Assembly (NCBI GenBank): GCA_030704615.1 | Contig: CM060734.1 | Location: forward strand, 47,430,001 to 47,494,000 | Length of the DNA stretch: 64,000 nt | Source: Takakia lepidozioides | Taxonomy: Eukaryota; Plantae; Bryophyta | Direction: 5' to 3' | Shown here: positions 22,801 through 35,211 of the stretch, in pieces | How positions within the stretch are numbered: the stretch's first letter is position 1 | Layout: the number at the start of each line of letters is the position of its first letter | Notes under the pieces: generated by a model | The model's input: the letters and a program-made list of their open reading frames with translations, nothing else | What the model was told of the DNA's origin: nothing | The model's database searches: none | Program-made: the position numbers and the translations under genes

Positions 22801-25800
22801 CTCGTGGGCCAGCAAGATGTTGTCTAAGATCATGCGATCTTTGAGAAAGCCAGTATGCTCCTTCCTAATAATTTTCGGCAGGAGAGGCTGCAACCTCAAG
22901 GCCAGGGTCTTTGCGATAATCTTGTAAGTTGAGTTTAGCAAAGTGATTGGCCAGTAGTTGGCCATATCTTCTCTATCTCCTTTCTTAAAGACTAGAATAA
23001 TGAGACCTTCCGCCATCTGCGAGGGCATTATCTGTTTTACCATAATATCATTAGCCATAAGGAGGAAGTCCTCCCCAATTGTATGCCATAATGCTTTGAA
23101 AAGTTCAATTGGGAGACCATCCAATCCTGGCGACTTTTGTGATGCCAAAGAGTTGACCGCCTGCCCCAATTCATACACTGACAGGGGGGCTACCAGGCCA
23201 GGTTTGATTTGTCCAGTTGATAGATCGAGCAGGGGATGTGGTGCAACAAAGCCGCAGTTGCATCTTGTTCTGCTGCAAGGCATCTCGCCTTTGAAACAAA
23301 GCTTGAAAATATGTGGCTGCCACTTCTGCCATGATTTTTGGCTTATCTACCAAACGTCCATCTGCATCTCGCAAAGCTGGGACCATTGTGGCAGCTCGCT
23401 GCTGCGCAGCCTTATCTATTCATTTTTTCCCCTTTAAGGCTCCAATTGACTCCAGCTTTGACTCTGGAGAATTGCTCCTTGGCATGTAACAACGTGGAGA
23501 GATTCCTCTTGGCATCTTTGCAAGCAATTATGGTGTGCGCTCCCTCCAGACCCGACTGCAGCTTGAACTGGCAGACTTCCAAGCACTTAGTCAGAGCCTT
23601 TTGCCTTCTCGTACTGTCCTTTTGCCTTTTCCCTTGCCATGACTCTACAAAGGTCTCTTAAAAGTTCTATCTTCGCCAAGAATCTGGCAGTGGGAGAGAC
23701 AAGTTGTGTGGTTGCCGATTACCAGGCATTCTGAAGGGTCTGTACGACGATGGGGTCCTACAATATGCTTGGGTTTAGCTTGAAAAACCCTTGCCTCTCA
23801 CCCTGGACCCCGGGATGTTGAGCATCAGTGCACCATGGCATGGTCAAACTCCGGGAGGATAGGCTGCAGCGGTACACTGGTTGACCAAGACTTTAGAGTG
23901 TATGAGCAATAAAGTCTGTCCAACCGAGCCTGGCATAGGTGAGGGGGGTCCCTGGTGTTCGACCAAGTGAATTTCAATTCCCCCTGGCTTGGAGACGAAG
24001 CGTCGAGCAGCCCCACTAGCAAGCACAAGGCATCCCAGGTGTTCTTTTCTGTCATAGAGAGACCATTCACCAATCTCCCAAGCCTGTCTCTTTTTTCCTC
24101 CACCATATTGAAGTCACCGCCTACCAGCCAGTGCTGGAGATGATGTCGCTGCTGCATGTTATATCTGATCTGGTTCCATAGGTCTATCCTGTCTTCCTCC
24201 CCATTTGGAGCATAGATGTTTAGAAAACCCACTTCCCCCATTGATTGACCTATGTTCAAGACAAGAAATTGCACTTTGCCTTGCAACCAGATCTCATGGG
24301 AGACAATGGATTGTTGTAAGGAAGGGGAAGCAAGGATGGCTGTGCCCCCTCTGCAATCCGAGATGGTGGGATTCAAGAAGGCTGTGACCGCTGGCCAAAT
24401 GGAGGCACCAAAGGAATTAATTTTTTGTTGATTTAATTTATGTTCTTGCAGAAAGATAATATTGGAACCACGTAACAGAGTGGAAGGCCCAGGCTCCGAC
24501 CCTTGCCCTTTTGGGGGCAGAGTGGTCAGAGCCAAGACCTCGCACATTCCAGGAGACAAGAGACAGATTCATGTGGGTGTGACTATCAGGCCCACGCTCT
24601 TTGCGTGACTTGATGGCCATTGTCGGAGGAAGAAATACTTTGAACGCTTGTCGGCTGGTGGCGGGTTGGAGAACCACTTAAACCCTTGTGGAGGATTGAT
24701 CAAAACACGGAGCTGACAGGTGAACACAATCGTTGTCTTTTTTCGTTTGTAGTTGTTTTGAAAAGGTACGAAGTGGGTCCCTCCGTCTCTAAGAACTGAG
24801 AACATGTCTGCAGGGATGTCCCAGGCTAGAGCTTTTGAAAGGTGGGAGAGGGATTTGTGGGGAGGATGGAAGGCCTGCTGAGTTCCACCAGGCTGGCACG
24901 ATTTTCTGCTTATGAACACTGTCCAGCAGCAAAGTCCATACCCGTTTACAGTCTGAGTGGTCAAGCACATAAAAGAAGAGGGGGGAGCACGCAGTAGAGA
25001 TGCTCACCTGTGGAGGTGAGTCCACGTGCTGCTGCATTTGAGGATGTATTGAAGTGATTTGTGTTTGCCAGCACCAATTGCGTGTTGAGATTTGGCTCCT
25101 GCTGGGGTTGCCCTGATTCCGTCTGAGGATGTAGCAGCTGGTAATGCTCATCTACCAGCTTGGAACCTACCTCCATTATTTTTGTGCCTCTTGCCCATTC
25201 AGTGGGGTCTTTGACTTTGCAAGACAAGTAGTGCTTACTCACCCAAATCCATGAGTTATGAGCCCCAGAGGTATCCAAGCCCCTACCAAAAATAACAGGC
25301 ATGACATGAACAACAACAAGATCTGGAAGAGAGGCAAAATTTTCAACCATTATGCCAATGTGGATAGATTCAGGTTCAGTTTTGGAAAGAAGTCCTTGAG
25401 AATGTTTTGCGTGAGGGTCAATGCAAACTCTCTTTCTTTCCCGATGCCGAACTGAAGAGCCAGGGCTTCCGAAACCCATGCAGACTGGAATCCTTGCTTT
25501 TCACTTGGCAGGAAGAAACTGGTGTAATCATCAACAAAATTGTAGAGCAGGGGGGTGACATATATTGCCGCCTTTTCTCTATGAAAAGAGGAGCGTGGTT
25601 CCCACCCTGGCAGGGGGCTGAGCTTGAAAGAATGCAGCTCCAAAATCGTTATTGCCACGCTGGTAGAGTCTAGCTGCTGCATATCAGAGACTGAGAAAGG
25701 GAAGGAACCCCAAGCCTCCATGATGCGCACTGGGAAGAAGCCCGACCCCGTTGGTTTAATGGGGGACTCCACTTCAATACGGAGCCTCTTTTCCTTTTCT

Positions 25801-27750
25801 TGGAATGAAGCATGTCAACCATTGCTTGATCATCTGAATTTCTTTGAGCTTCTTTCTCCTACTGCGTTTGATTGGCCTTGGAGGTATCAATTGGCTGGGA
25901 GGAGCCCTCCTCCTTTCTTGTGAACTTGATGGTTGGGTAGTCTGCCTTGATATGCCCTTCAGCATTGCAGTGGTAACAAATCACCGAGGGAACCTCCTCT
26001 TTCACTGCTACTACAATGTAAGAGTCATCCAGGGTGGGGAGTTTGATAGAGGTGCCAATGGCTGCGTTTTCAGGCATGAGCACAATGATCTTGGGGATGC
26101 CAATGTCCTTAGTAACCTGAGAATGTACGACTTCAATATCTACACTGAGAATCTTGTCCTGAGCTGGCTCCAGAACGTTGATTGCCCCTATGAATGAGCC
26201 AAAGCTGGCACCTATCTCTGGGAGCGAAGTCAGATACGTGGGAGGTAGGAAGGGGATGGCAATGACTCTCGGCTTCCACAAGATGCCTTTCTTATATCCC
26301 CAATCCTGGGTCCAAGGAAAAATGTGGACTTTGGAGGCGGAAGTCTGCGTGTTGAAGCGCAGAGCCTTTTCTACATCTGCTGGCGAGCTGAAGATGATAG
26401 CGTAGAAGCCTTTCCCCATTGAAAGGCTAAAGTGTTGTGCCAATCCACCAGCAGTTCCTAGGTGCTCGATAATCTTAGTACGAATTGATTTTCTCGTCCG
26501 CGGCTTTCCAGGGAAGTACAAGAGGATGCTTGTCTTTGTTAGCTTTTGCACTTGAGCTTGCAGCTTAGCTTTGTTCAAGTTTATGACAGGCTGCTCCTTG
26601 TCTTCTTGCACGTGTCCTCCCATGCGTTCTCAGTCAACAACGGTGAGGGCGGGGGGGGGCAGTGGTTGAGGGGCCCTTTCCCAGAATGGAGGCAGCTTCG
26701 ACTTGCAGCATGGAGGATTACCTGGTCCAAATCTGATTTTTGGCTTTCGCTGCTGGAGACGAGCCGCCTGATACTCCACCACGTCTCGTCTTTCTGGAGC
26801 CACGACCTCTGGAATCCATGGGACAGAACTGCGATCAGCAGGCGTTTCAGGAAGACGACAGGCGCGAGAAGCAAGAGCGGGAATAAGAATTAGAGCGGAG
26901 GGGGGAGAGAAATGAGGTAGTGAGTGGAGTGGTGGGATAGACGTGGATTATGCAAAGGAATGATGTGGAGCGAAGACCGCAAATGCGACAAGCTGTTAGA
27001 GATGATAGATAACTGAATCAGCTGATTGCATGTAGAATTGCATCAACATCAACAATTAGAGAAAACACATGAGCTCGCCTCAATCCTTGGTCTATGCAGC
27101 AGTGTGAGGGGGTTAATAGAAGAAGAGAAGACTTCCCTTCCTGTAGAGAATGCATGGCGGCTTGGCAGCGTCTCCCTACTGCACTCTTTCAAGACTCATA
27201 AAGAGCCGCTGCATCGAGCAGACCACTGCAGGTCTCGGGGAGCCACCGATTAGCGACAAGAGCTTAAGTGTCTGAGACAATGGCAGAGTGTGGGTGTGTG
27301 AGCATGGCGGCTCATTAAACCACATAGGAAGCCGGGGGGGGGGGGGGGGGGGGGGGTGGGAAGAACTCTGTTGGATCTTATGAATGAAGAAAGAGTTGAG
27401 AAGAGAGACACATTGAGATGAACACTGGGAAGATGAAATCTCAGCAGATGCTTTAGGTTTTTTCTTTTTTCGTCATTGCGTTGAGAGAGAGCGCAGGGGG
27501 GTGATGGCCGGGGTAGCGTAGCAGAACTAGCTCATGTTACCGCCTGATGGGGTAACTTGACTTGCAAGAGAGATTGAGGGGGGGGAAGCCGGATGGCCTT
27601 TTGCATCGTGAGATAGATAGGGGAACTGGATGGTCTTCTGCATCGACAGACCCATTCCAGTTGAGGGGGATGTTGGGGAAAGCGGCCAAGTCCCAGGACA
27701 CACTCATGGCAAATTGCGGAGCGCCATCCCTCCACGACTTCCCCCTTCAA
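19875..27750 (-). mobile_element. L1-clade LINE retrotransposon, near full length, decayed (LINE-A)
   Basis: ORF1 ~26820-25860 with a degenerate zinc knuckle (CYHCNAEGHIKADYP). APE endonuclease from 24572 (SWNVRGL, FLQEHKL, NIYAPN, GGDFNM, ARLDR). RT (KSPGLDG, PITLLNSTYKI, LDFEKAFD, VRQGCPLAP, MYADD, KGGLGI) and a zf-RVT-like C-terminus ~20.4-20.95 kb. (TAAAA)n tail at 19875-19899. Multiple stops and frameshifts. 5' boundary approximate; no TSD identified. Confidence 0.93.
20374..24572 (-). pseudogene. LINE-A ORF2 (endonuclease-reverse transcriptase), frameshifted
   Basis: ORF-track fragments 23825-24559, 22654-23283, 21792-22751, 21811-22011, 21041-21574 and 20374-20823 together carry EN, RT and C-terminal L1 motifs in different frames. 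Confidence 0.9.
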
Positions 27751-28177
27751 TCAGGTTATTCCAAATTTGCTCCTATTTTTCCAAGTGAACCACCACGTCT
27801 GTCATACTTTAAAAACACTTTAAAATCTTCTGGTCATTTTTTCAGGGAGTCCAGCAGATTCTTTACAATAGATAAATGGTTATGCGTCCTTCTCACAATA
27901 TGTACATATACCTTCCATAAATGGTTATGCATGCTCCTTGCATGTACAAGGACATATGATGATGGCATCTATGAGATTTGTTAGTGCAGATATTCTTTAC
28001 CTGTGACTATCTTCAGGAACATTCTGTCAATGCAACAACATCAAATACTCTCCTGCCTCTGCTCTGTTGGAAGAGAAGGCTCCAGTTGCAGGGAAATGCA
28101 GCCTTTATATAATAGATGATTGATACAGTACGAATGCAATTAACCTTCAGCAAACGCATCCACTAAAGACATGGAGA

Positions 28178-28405
28178 GCAACATAGTTTCCAATTGAAAA
28201 AAGAATGTAGTTCAAAGTTCAGAGCCTTGCAAATAGATGTTCAGTTAAGTGTCAGTGCTACGACTGTTTTGACGAGATCCCAAAAGGCACCATCGCAACA
28301 TAGTTTACAATTGGAAAAAGAGTGTAGTTCAGAGCCTTGCAAAAAGATTTTCAGTTAAGTGGCATTGCTAATGACTGTTTTGACGAGATCCCAAAAGGCA
28401 CCATC
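28178..28405. repeat. ~117-bp imperfect tandem duplication downstream of CesA
   Basis: gcaacatagttt...gactgttttgacgagatcccaaaaggcaccatc at 28178 and 28295. Confidence 0.9.
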
Positions 28406-29072
28406 ACAATTGAAGATCGAGGAACTGGAAATTTCCCATATTTACTTCCCTTGCAGCAATCTACACATGAATACCAGAGTTGTTTCCAATTGATAATGGG
28501 TAGCAAGCATATCATTGCCAAACATTGTCACAAAGACTAGAGTTACTGGTTGAAAAGTAGATATGCTATGCACATTGAGAAGAGCACCTTGCAGACAGGC
28601 CTTCGGATGAGTGATGGTAGGTTGACCTCCTACGAACCAGATAAGATTGAGCGTGGCAGCTTTCTAAGGCCCAGCTGAGAAAGCCTTTAACTTAAAAGGG
28701 GACAGTAGACTACAAGGGAGGCCAGCCCAGGCTGAAGGGAAATGGACCAATAAAGCTGCCCGGAAAGAACCCACTTCGACCATATAAGGCAGCCAGTACT
28801 GGAACCACAATGAAACTCTGGCGAGTAATGTTACATTTGGCCTCATCTCCTTTACCTAGCATGTCACCTGCTCTCTTATTATCTACAAAGCCTATGCTCC
28901 AGTTTGCATTTGAGGTATGAACCTTGCTCTTCACACAACACTGTAGAATATAAACTGCTGCTGCCAAGCCTGCAGCCTTTATAGAAGGCTCGAACTGCAG
29001 ATAAAGAATCTTGCATCCTCTTCCGGCTTGAATGAAATTGACTGTGCCATTATTGGGCTACAGAAAAAAGAA

Positions 29073-32000
29073 TCAACAGTTGATGCCACACTCCTGCAAG
29101 TTTGGGCCATTGACCTTGGCAAGGAAGGGATCTATACGGACCCATAGAAGAGAAAATATGGAGGCTAGAAGAATGGACCATACGATCACAATCGTTGGTG
29201 TACGGTTCTGTCGTCCCATCAATCCCTTTAGGAAAGGATATAAGTGGACAATAACCCAAAATGCAAAAAACAACTTACCAAAAAGTGGACCCCATGATTG
29301 GTAGCCATTATTGACAGCATCTGAGATGCCAGCAACAACGCCCACAAGGTTAATGATCAGCAATGTGGTTGGTGGGATCAAAAGTGTGGTCCATTTAAAC
29401 GCATAGAGCTCTCCAAAGTCCTCATCCTCAGACGACTTGGCTGTGACAGTAAAATTTGTATCGATACCGGCAAAAACCTTCAGCAGCCCTTGAAACACGG
29501 CAAACAAGTGAGCAGAGCAACCTCCAATCACCCAAAACTGCTCATTCCTCCACCACTCATCTATTCCCACTCCACTCCACCGCATCTCCAAGATACCGGT
29601 CGCGAAGATGGAGATGAAAAGGGATATGAACCATAAACTTGCAAAGTTGCTTATCTGCAAAAGTGAGGAAAGCCACATTTAGCTATGTAATGCGCTAAAC
29701 TCAGCATGTTCGTAACATAAACGCTGCTCAAGACATTTCAGTAGATAACATCAAGCCTACTGCACCAATGGAATGAAGAAAGAAGACACTAAGAAATACA
29801 TGAGTTTTCTAGGGATGTACAGAATTCACATAATGCAGTTAGCAGTAAGACTGCGAGACTCACCGTAGGAATGATAAATTTCCCTGTGAGCAAGCATACA
29901 GCGGGAAGTGTACAATATGCAATCAGTGGCAATGAAGTCAGGGGGTAAATTGTGGTGTTGATGTACGCTAGCCTCTCCAGCCATTTCAGTCGTCCTCCAT
30001 ACCCATACCATAGAGGGCAATGCCGACTGAGACAAATCTCCACAGACCCAAGAGCCCACCGCAAGACTTGATTCAAACGATCAGACAAGTTGATGGGTGC
30101 AGAGCCCTTAAAGGCAGGTCGAGGTGGCATACAGTAGATTGAACGCCAACCACGGCAATGCATCTTGAATCCAGTCAAAATATCCTCAGTCACTGACCCA
30201 TAGATCCATCCAATCTGCACAGGAGGTCAAAAAGGTGCCATTGAGACAACTGACATTTGCTTGTGTAACCTGGACTCTTTAGAATAACTAGGAGTGCTCA
30301 TACTCAGAATGTAGCAGCATTAGGGCAGAGTGGGGGCATAAGTCACCTGATTCTAATAAATCGCACATTCACAAAAATTAAAATAGTGAATGCATGGGCA
30401 ATAGACAAAATGCAAATAGGAGCATGTTAAGTGCCCAAGATTACCTCTTTTCCCCAATCTGTCTTGTCCTCATACCCACAACTGATGACATGGATAGCTT
30501 CTTTGAGCAAGGCGCCTGGACTAGCAGAGTGGGGCACACCTCCATTCTCAAGAAGAGTGGAAGCAACAAACACTGGAGACTGACCAAATTTCTTCTCAAA
30601 GTTCTTCATGGACATCAAAGATGACTTTTCATCATCAATCCCTGCATGACCGCACGCCCCACCTTCAGTTAAATTGATGGGAAGAGAACGACCTTTGCCT
30701 AGTTCCAATTAAGTTTCACAACATTGGACACCCTCTGTGTGTACATTAATTTCCACTGGTTTCAAAGAAGAATCCACCTTACCTTCAATTCCCTCCTCAA
30801 TATCTTCGAGGCTAAAGATGGGAATAGTGGAATCAGTTCGTGAAGGAGCTTTCTTCTTCTCCGAGAACTTTGGGGTCTTGAGCTTTTTGTTCTTTTTGCG
30901 AGGACCACAGCACCACTGTGGACAACAGGTTCCACATCCGCAACCCTTGCCTGCTTTGTCCTTGAGGGGTGGCTCATACCCATACAAGGCTTGCCTTCTA
31001 AATACACATCCAGTACCCACATACACAGGACCTTGAAGTCCATCCAAACCCTTCAAGTTGATCTGCAACACAAAGAAACCACATTTAGGACACCCTGCAT
31101 ATGAAAGGAAAATGCAACCTTGTATTTTCAAAGGCTTTCAAACCTCTAAAACAGAAAAAAATGATTCCTTGAAATACTTACATCAAAGAACACAGTGTTG
31201 TGGTTGGCATATCGATCATTCCGATCAATACCATCAAATCTCTGAGGAAATTGGACATAGCACACTCTCTTTCCAAGAGTGGGATCCATCATGAAGCACA
31301 TAGCCTCCCGAATGGCCTTGCTGTTGTTGATGTAATGATCACAATCAAGATTGAGAAGATACGGTGCATTTGTAAGGACTGCAGAGACTCGCACCTGAAA
31401 AAGAGAACATTGATTAAAGGCTTGTTCATAAAGTTCAGAGAAAACTGTCAAGGCCAGAAATTGATGAGTACAATAACCTAGATACTAGATAGGAACTGCA
31501 ATACAAAGCTAGTGGTTGAAAACTTTCAAGGATTCATGCTTACCAAAGCATTCATAGCACCGGCTTTCTTGTGATGATTGAAACCAGGGCGCTTTTCTCG
31601 AGACACATAAACCAGTCGGGGAAGTTCATTTCCATCAGTATCATGACCACCACTGTGTCCCAAGAAAACCTGTAAAGAAGTTGCTTTCTCAGTAAAACCA
31701 TGACAACAAACTGCTGGTTGGTGGATACTGAAAACAAAATGTGAGTTGTATGCTGATAAATGGAATTCACCCTATCATGACCACCACTGTGTCCCAGAAA
31801 AACCTGCCAAGAAGTTGCTTTCTCAGTAAAACCATGACACTAAGCTTCTGGGTGGAGGGTACTGAAAATTAAATGTGAGTCGCATGCTGATAAATGCAGA
31901 AACTCACCTGGATCATTCCTGGATGATCACGGGTATTGTTTCCAGGCCATGGTGTCCCATCCTGCATGGTCCACCCTTCCTCTGGAACTTTCTGAGCTTT

Positions 32001-35000
32001 AGCAACCAGGGCATTCACTCGAACCTTGAACTCCTCATATTCCCTCTGCATAGCCCCAAATTGCATGATGTCATGATAGTGAAGAAAGGTGGCCAGGACC
32101 AATTCAAAGCGTACAATGGAGCAAGGCTGGAAAAAGACCCTAACCTTCATAGCCCGCCGCTCTTTAACAAATGTTGGCTGCACCTTATCCTTCAAGTAGT
32201 CAATTTTCTGGGCAAAGTACATCTCAGGCGCACGGGGTTCAATGCTGAACTTTTTGCAGAACGGCACCCACTTTCGAGCAAACTCAGATGTCTCAGAGAG
32301 ACACTCAAAGGTAAGCATGGCTGCTCCATCATCAGAAAGATAACAGGAAACCTTATCAACAGGGTAGTCAACAGCCAGAATCGACAGGATAGTGTTTGCA
32401 GTAACAAGAGGAGGTTCCTTAGCAGGATCGACAGTACTGACATAGAGGTCCACATGAGCCAGCTGAGATGGCTCCCCTTCTTTCTCGTACCTGAAAGGTA
32501 TCAATACATATAGGTAAGTTTCAAGCCAATTATGTGAACCACAAGGTACAAATTGGGCACTCGCAAACACCGACTTTCCAGTTAAGTATCAACAGAGGTA
32601 GGCAGATACGAGTCAACTGAGTCAACCCACATGTACAAATGAGGTATAGAAGGCACTTGCAAGTCCATCTCAACAAAAATAACACAATTAAAAAAGGGAA
32701 GATAGAATACCTCAGGGAAAGCCGGTCAAGATATGTCTCCCGATTGATTGGAAGCCACTTTGGAAACTGATCTAGAATCCAGGATACAGCAAACCATATC
32801 TCACAAATAACAGACGTGAGCCACATGCCATAAGCATCCTTGACTGGATTCTGAATGCGATACCGGAAGAAGAACCCCAGAACCACAAGTCGGATCACAA
32901 TGAGCATCCTGTACGGATTAATTCGGGCAGATGGAATAGCAACTTTTCTGTGCAGAGGCTGTCTTGCCTCATCCATTCTGCCAAGCAACAGTCCATCGAC
33001 AATCACATTAGTCCATTGAATTATATCCTAGATGACAATATTAATGAGATTTCAAATAGACAACAATAAACATTATTCAATTGGAGAAGACAGGCTCAAG
33101 AAGTTTGGACAATGGTGAACACAAATCTGCCTTTGACACTCCAGAGAACGAGGCAAGGTAGCCTTACATAGGCAAGTCTGGGCCATTGGGTCCATGGTCA
33201 TCATGGGCACCACCTTTTCCTCCAGCAAGCTGCTGTCCCCCTTCCGTCATCATCATCTGCATTTTCTCCTGTCTCAACTTCCAGCTATCTACCCTTTCTT
33301 TCCAGGCCACACTGCCATAACCATATGCTGCCAAATCCTTGGTAGGGTCCATTGGCCTTGCTTGAACTGCATCAGCCAGATGTGATAATTCAGAAAAAGA
33401 CATGCACCTCCTGGCCACATAGAAGAAAAATAACCTTGGAGGCAGCTGCAAAAATTCCATCTTAAGACCTTAATGTTCAATGCTCTTTCATCACACTACT
33501 AAGAAACACCTAAGCAAGACATGACCAATGAACTTGCAATACCTGGGAGACTAGCTTCTAGGTAGGGAAGGGGATGGACCCGTTTCCCACCACCTCCCAT
33601 TAGCGGAGGGACCACAATAGCCTGATGTTCTGAAGGAATTCCCTGTGCATCACCAGTCACCTGTAAACGAAAATGCAGTTAAATCACCTTTCATTACAGC
33701 ACTCACATAGTATACAGGAAGACAATCATGAACTAAAGACAATGCTATAGAATGCACATATGGTTTAGTGGCACACAAAATACCGAATGCAAAAGGAGAC
33801 CTGGAGAATATCATAATCTTGAACACTAAGAAATCACCTTACTACAGACAGCTAAGCTCACAAAATCACAGTCTTTCGAACAATGCGCCCTAATGACTAC
33901 ACATAAACTTCTCAGAACCATACCATTTTTCCATCTGTGAGCAGTGGAAACTGGGGCTGCATGGGGTGCATCATATGATGTGGCAGATCATGGTCATACG
34001 TTGGGCCATAACTCATGTGTCCGTGGAGCATCTCATCTGTTACTTGTTGCTTATCTTGCTTGTCAACCTCCGTCAAGTTAAATTCATTCTCCAAATCATC
34101 GACATCCTCTTCTTCCTCATCACCATCCACACGAGGACTACCTGATGGCAAGCAGCAACAAGCTATGGTGAGTTAGAAGCCAAGATTGCTGCCTAGAAAA
34201 GCAGGAAAACTGGATGCATTCTATCTCAAATACAGTCGAATACTTTGACAAGATTGCCAGTTCAATAAGATGAGCAAACCTCTGTGACGCTTGTATCTAG
34301 TCTTGCACTGTGGGCAGGACTGGTTCCCGTCCTTCCGCTCATATTCGTAGCAGGGACGGCACACGGGGAATGCACATTCGTTGCAGGCGACAAAAAGCTC
34401 TCGCTCGATAGTCAACCCCACATCGTCTCCACAAATTTGACATATGTGGCCGTTGGTATGGTTCAGAGGCTTTGGCTGCAGATCACCAGGGAAACAGCCA
34501 CAACTCCATCTAAGTCAAGGCTCCATGCCGGAGAAACCATTACCTTTAGAGCAAAATGACTCTCTATGAAATGTCACATAGCCCGAAACAAACCTCTCCT
34601 TTCCGAGGATCATCGTCTAAACCTCTTCATCTTTCAGAGCTAACTTGTGATTGGCCGGTTTAGAGGTTAGATATATTGAATAGAAAACAAATCCACAAGG
34701 ATAACAGAAACTAACGCAGAAACGGAAGGGTATCTGAGTGTAGCGATCACTCCAGCGACATAACAAACTCTTATATCCCCACAAGGACAATAAGTAGGAC
34801 TCATCGTAATGGCGATGAGATTTTGCCCAAGCAGCCTATGAGTGCACTCGACACCTTACGAGTGGCTGGGTGTCACCAAGGCACAAGATTCGTCAGCCTA
34901 TCATGCAACCCACTGCAAAGAATAGACCACAATCCGAGTTTGACTGAATCTTCAAAAGATCTTGTCGTCAAATACAGTTCTTCCGTATCGACAACATCTC

Positions 35001-35211
35001 GAACATCTCGAGATGTCAAACGCTTGTTGTGACCAGGGCTCAGGCCAGACAAGCGTTTTAGCGTGCAATGCAACTGAACTTCCTCCGCGATATTCACACA
35101 GGTGGTGTTCCCCAAAAGTGAAGCAGCACTTACCCCTTCACTGTCCGGTCGTATGACGACAAGCTCGTTTCTATTGTGAGAACCAGCCACCAAGCCTGCA
35201 TTTGCCTCCAT
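29073..35211 (-). CDS. CESA: Cellulose synthase catalytic subunit, ~1102 aa
   Basis: 14 exons: 35211-35134, 34475-34280, 34141-33924, 33660-33543, 33366-33168, 32977-32711, 32490-32145, 32045-31908, 31669-31544, 31394-31182, 31062-30783, 30641-30445, 30214-29864, 29654-29073 (3309 nt). Motifs: [16 protein letters not shown], Zn-finger CQICGDD...CPQC, DDG, DCD, TED, QVLRW. Confidence 0.98.
31640..31907 (-). repeat. Tandem duplication of CesA intron 8 plus the first 30 nt of exon 9
   Basis: 31640-31770 and ~31774-31907 align, with roughly 15% divergence in the intron part. Confidence 0.93.
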
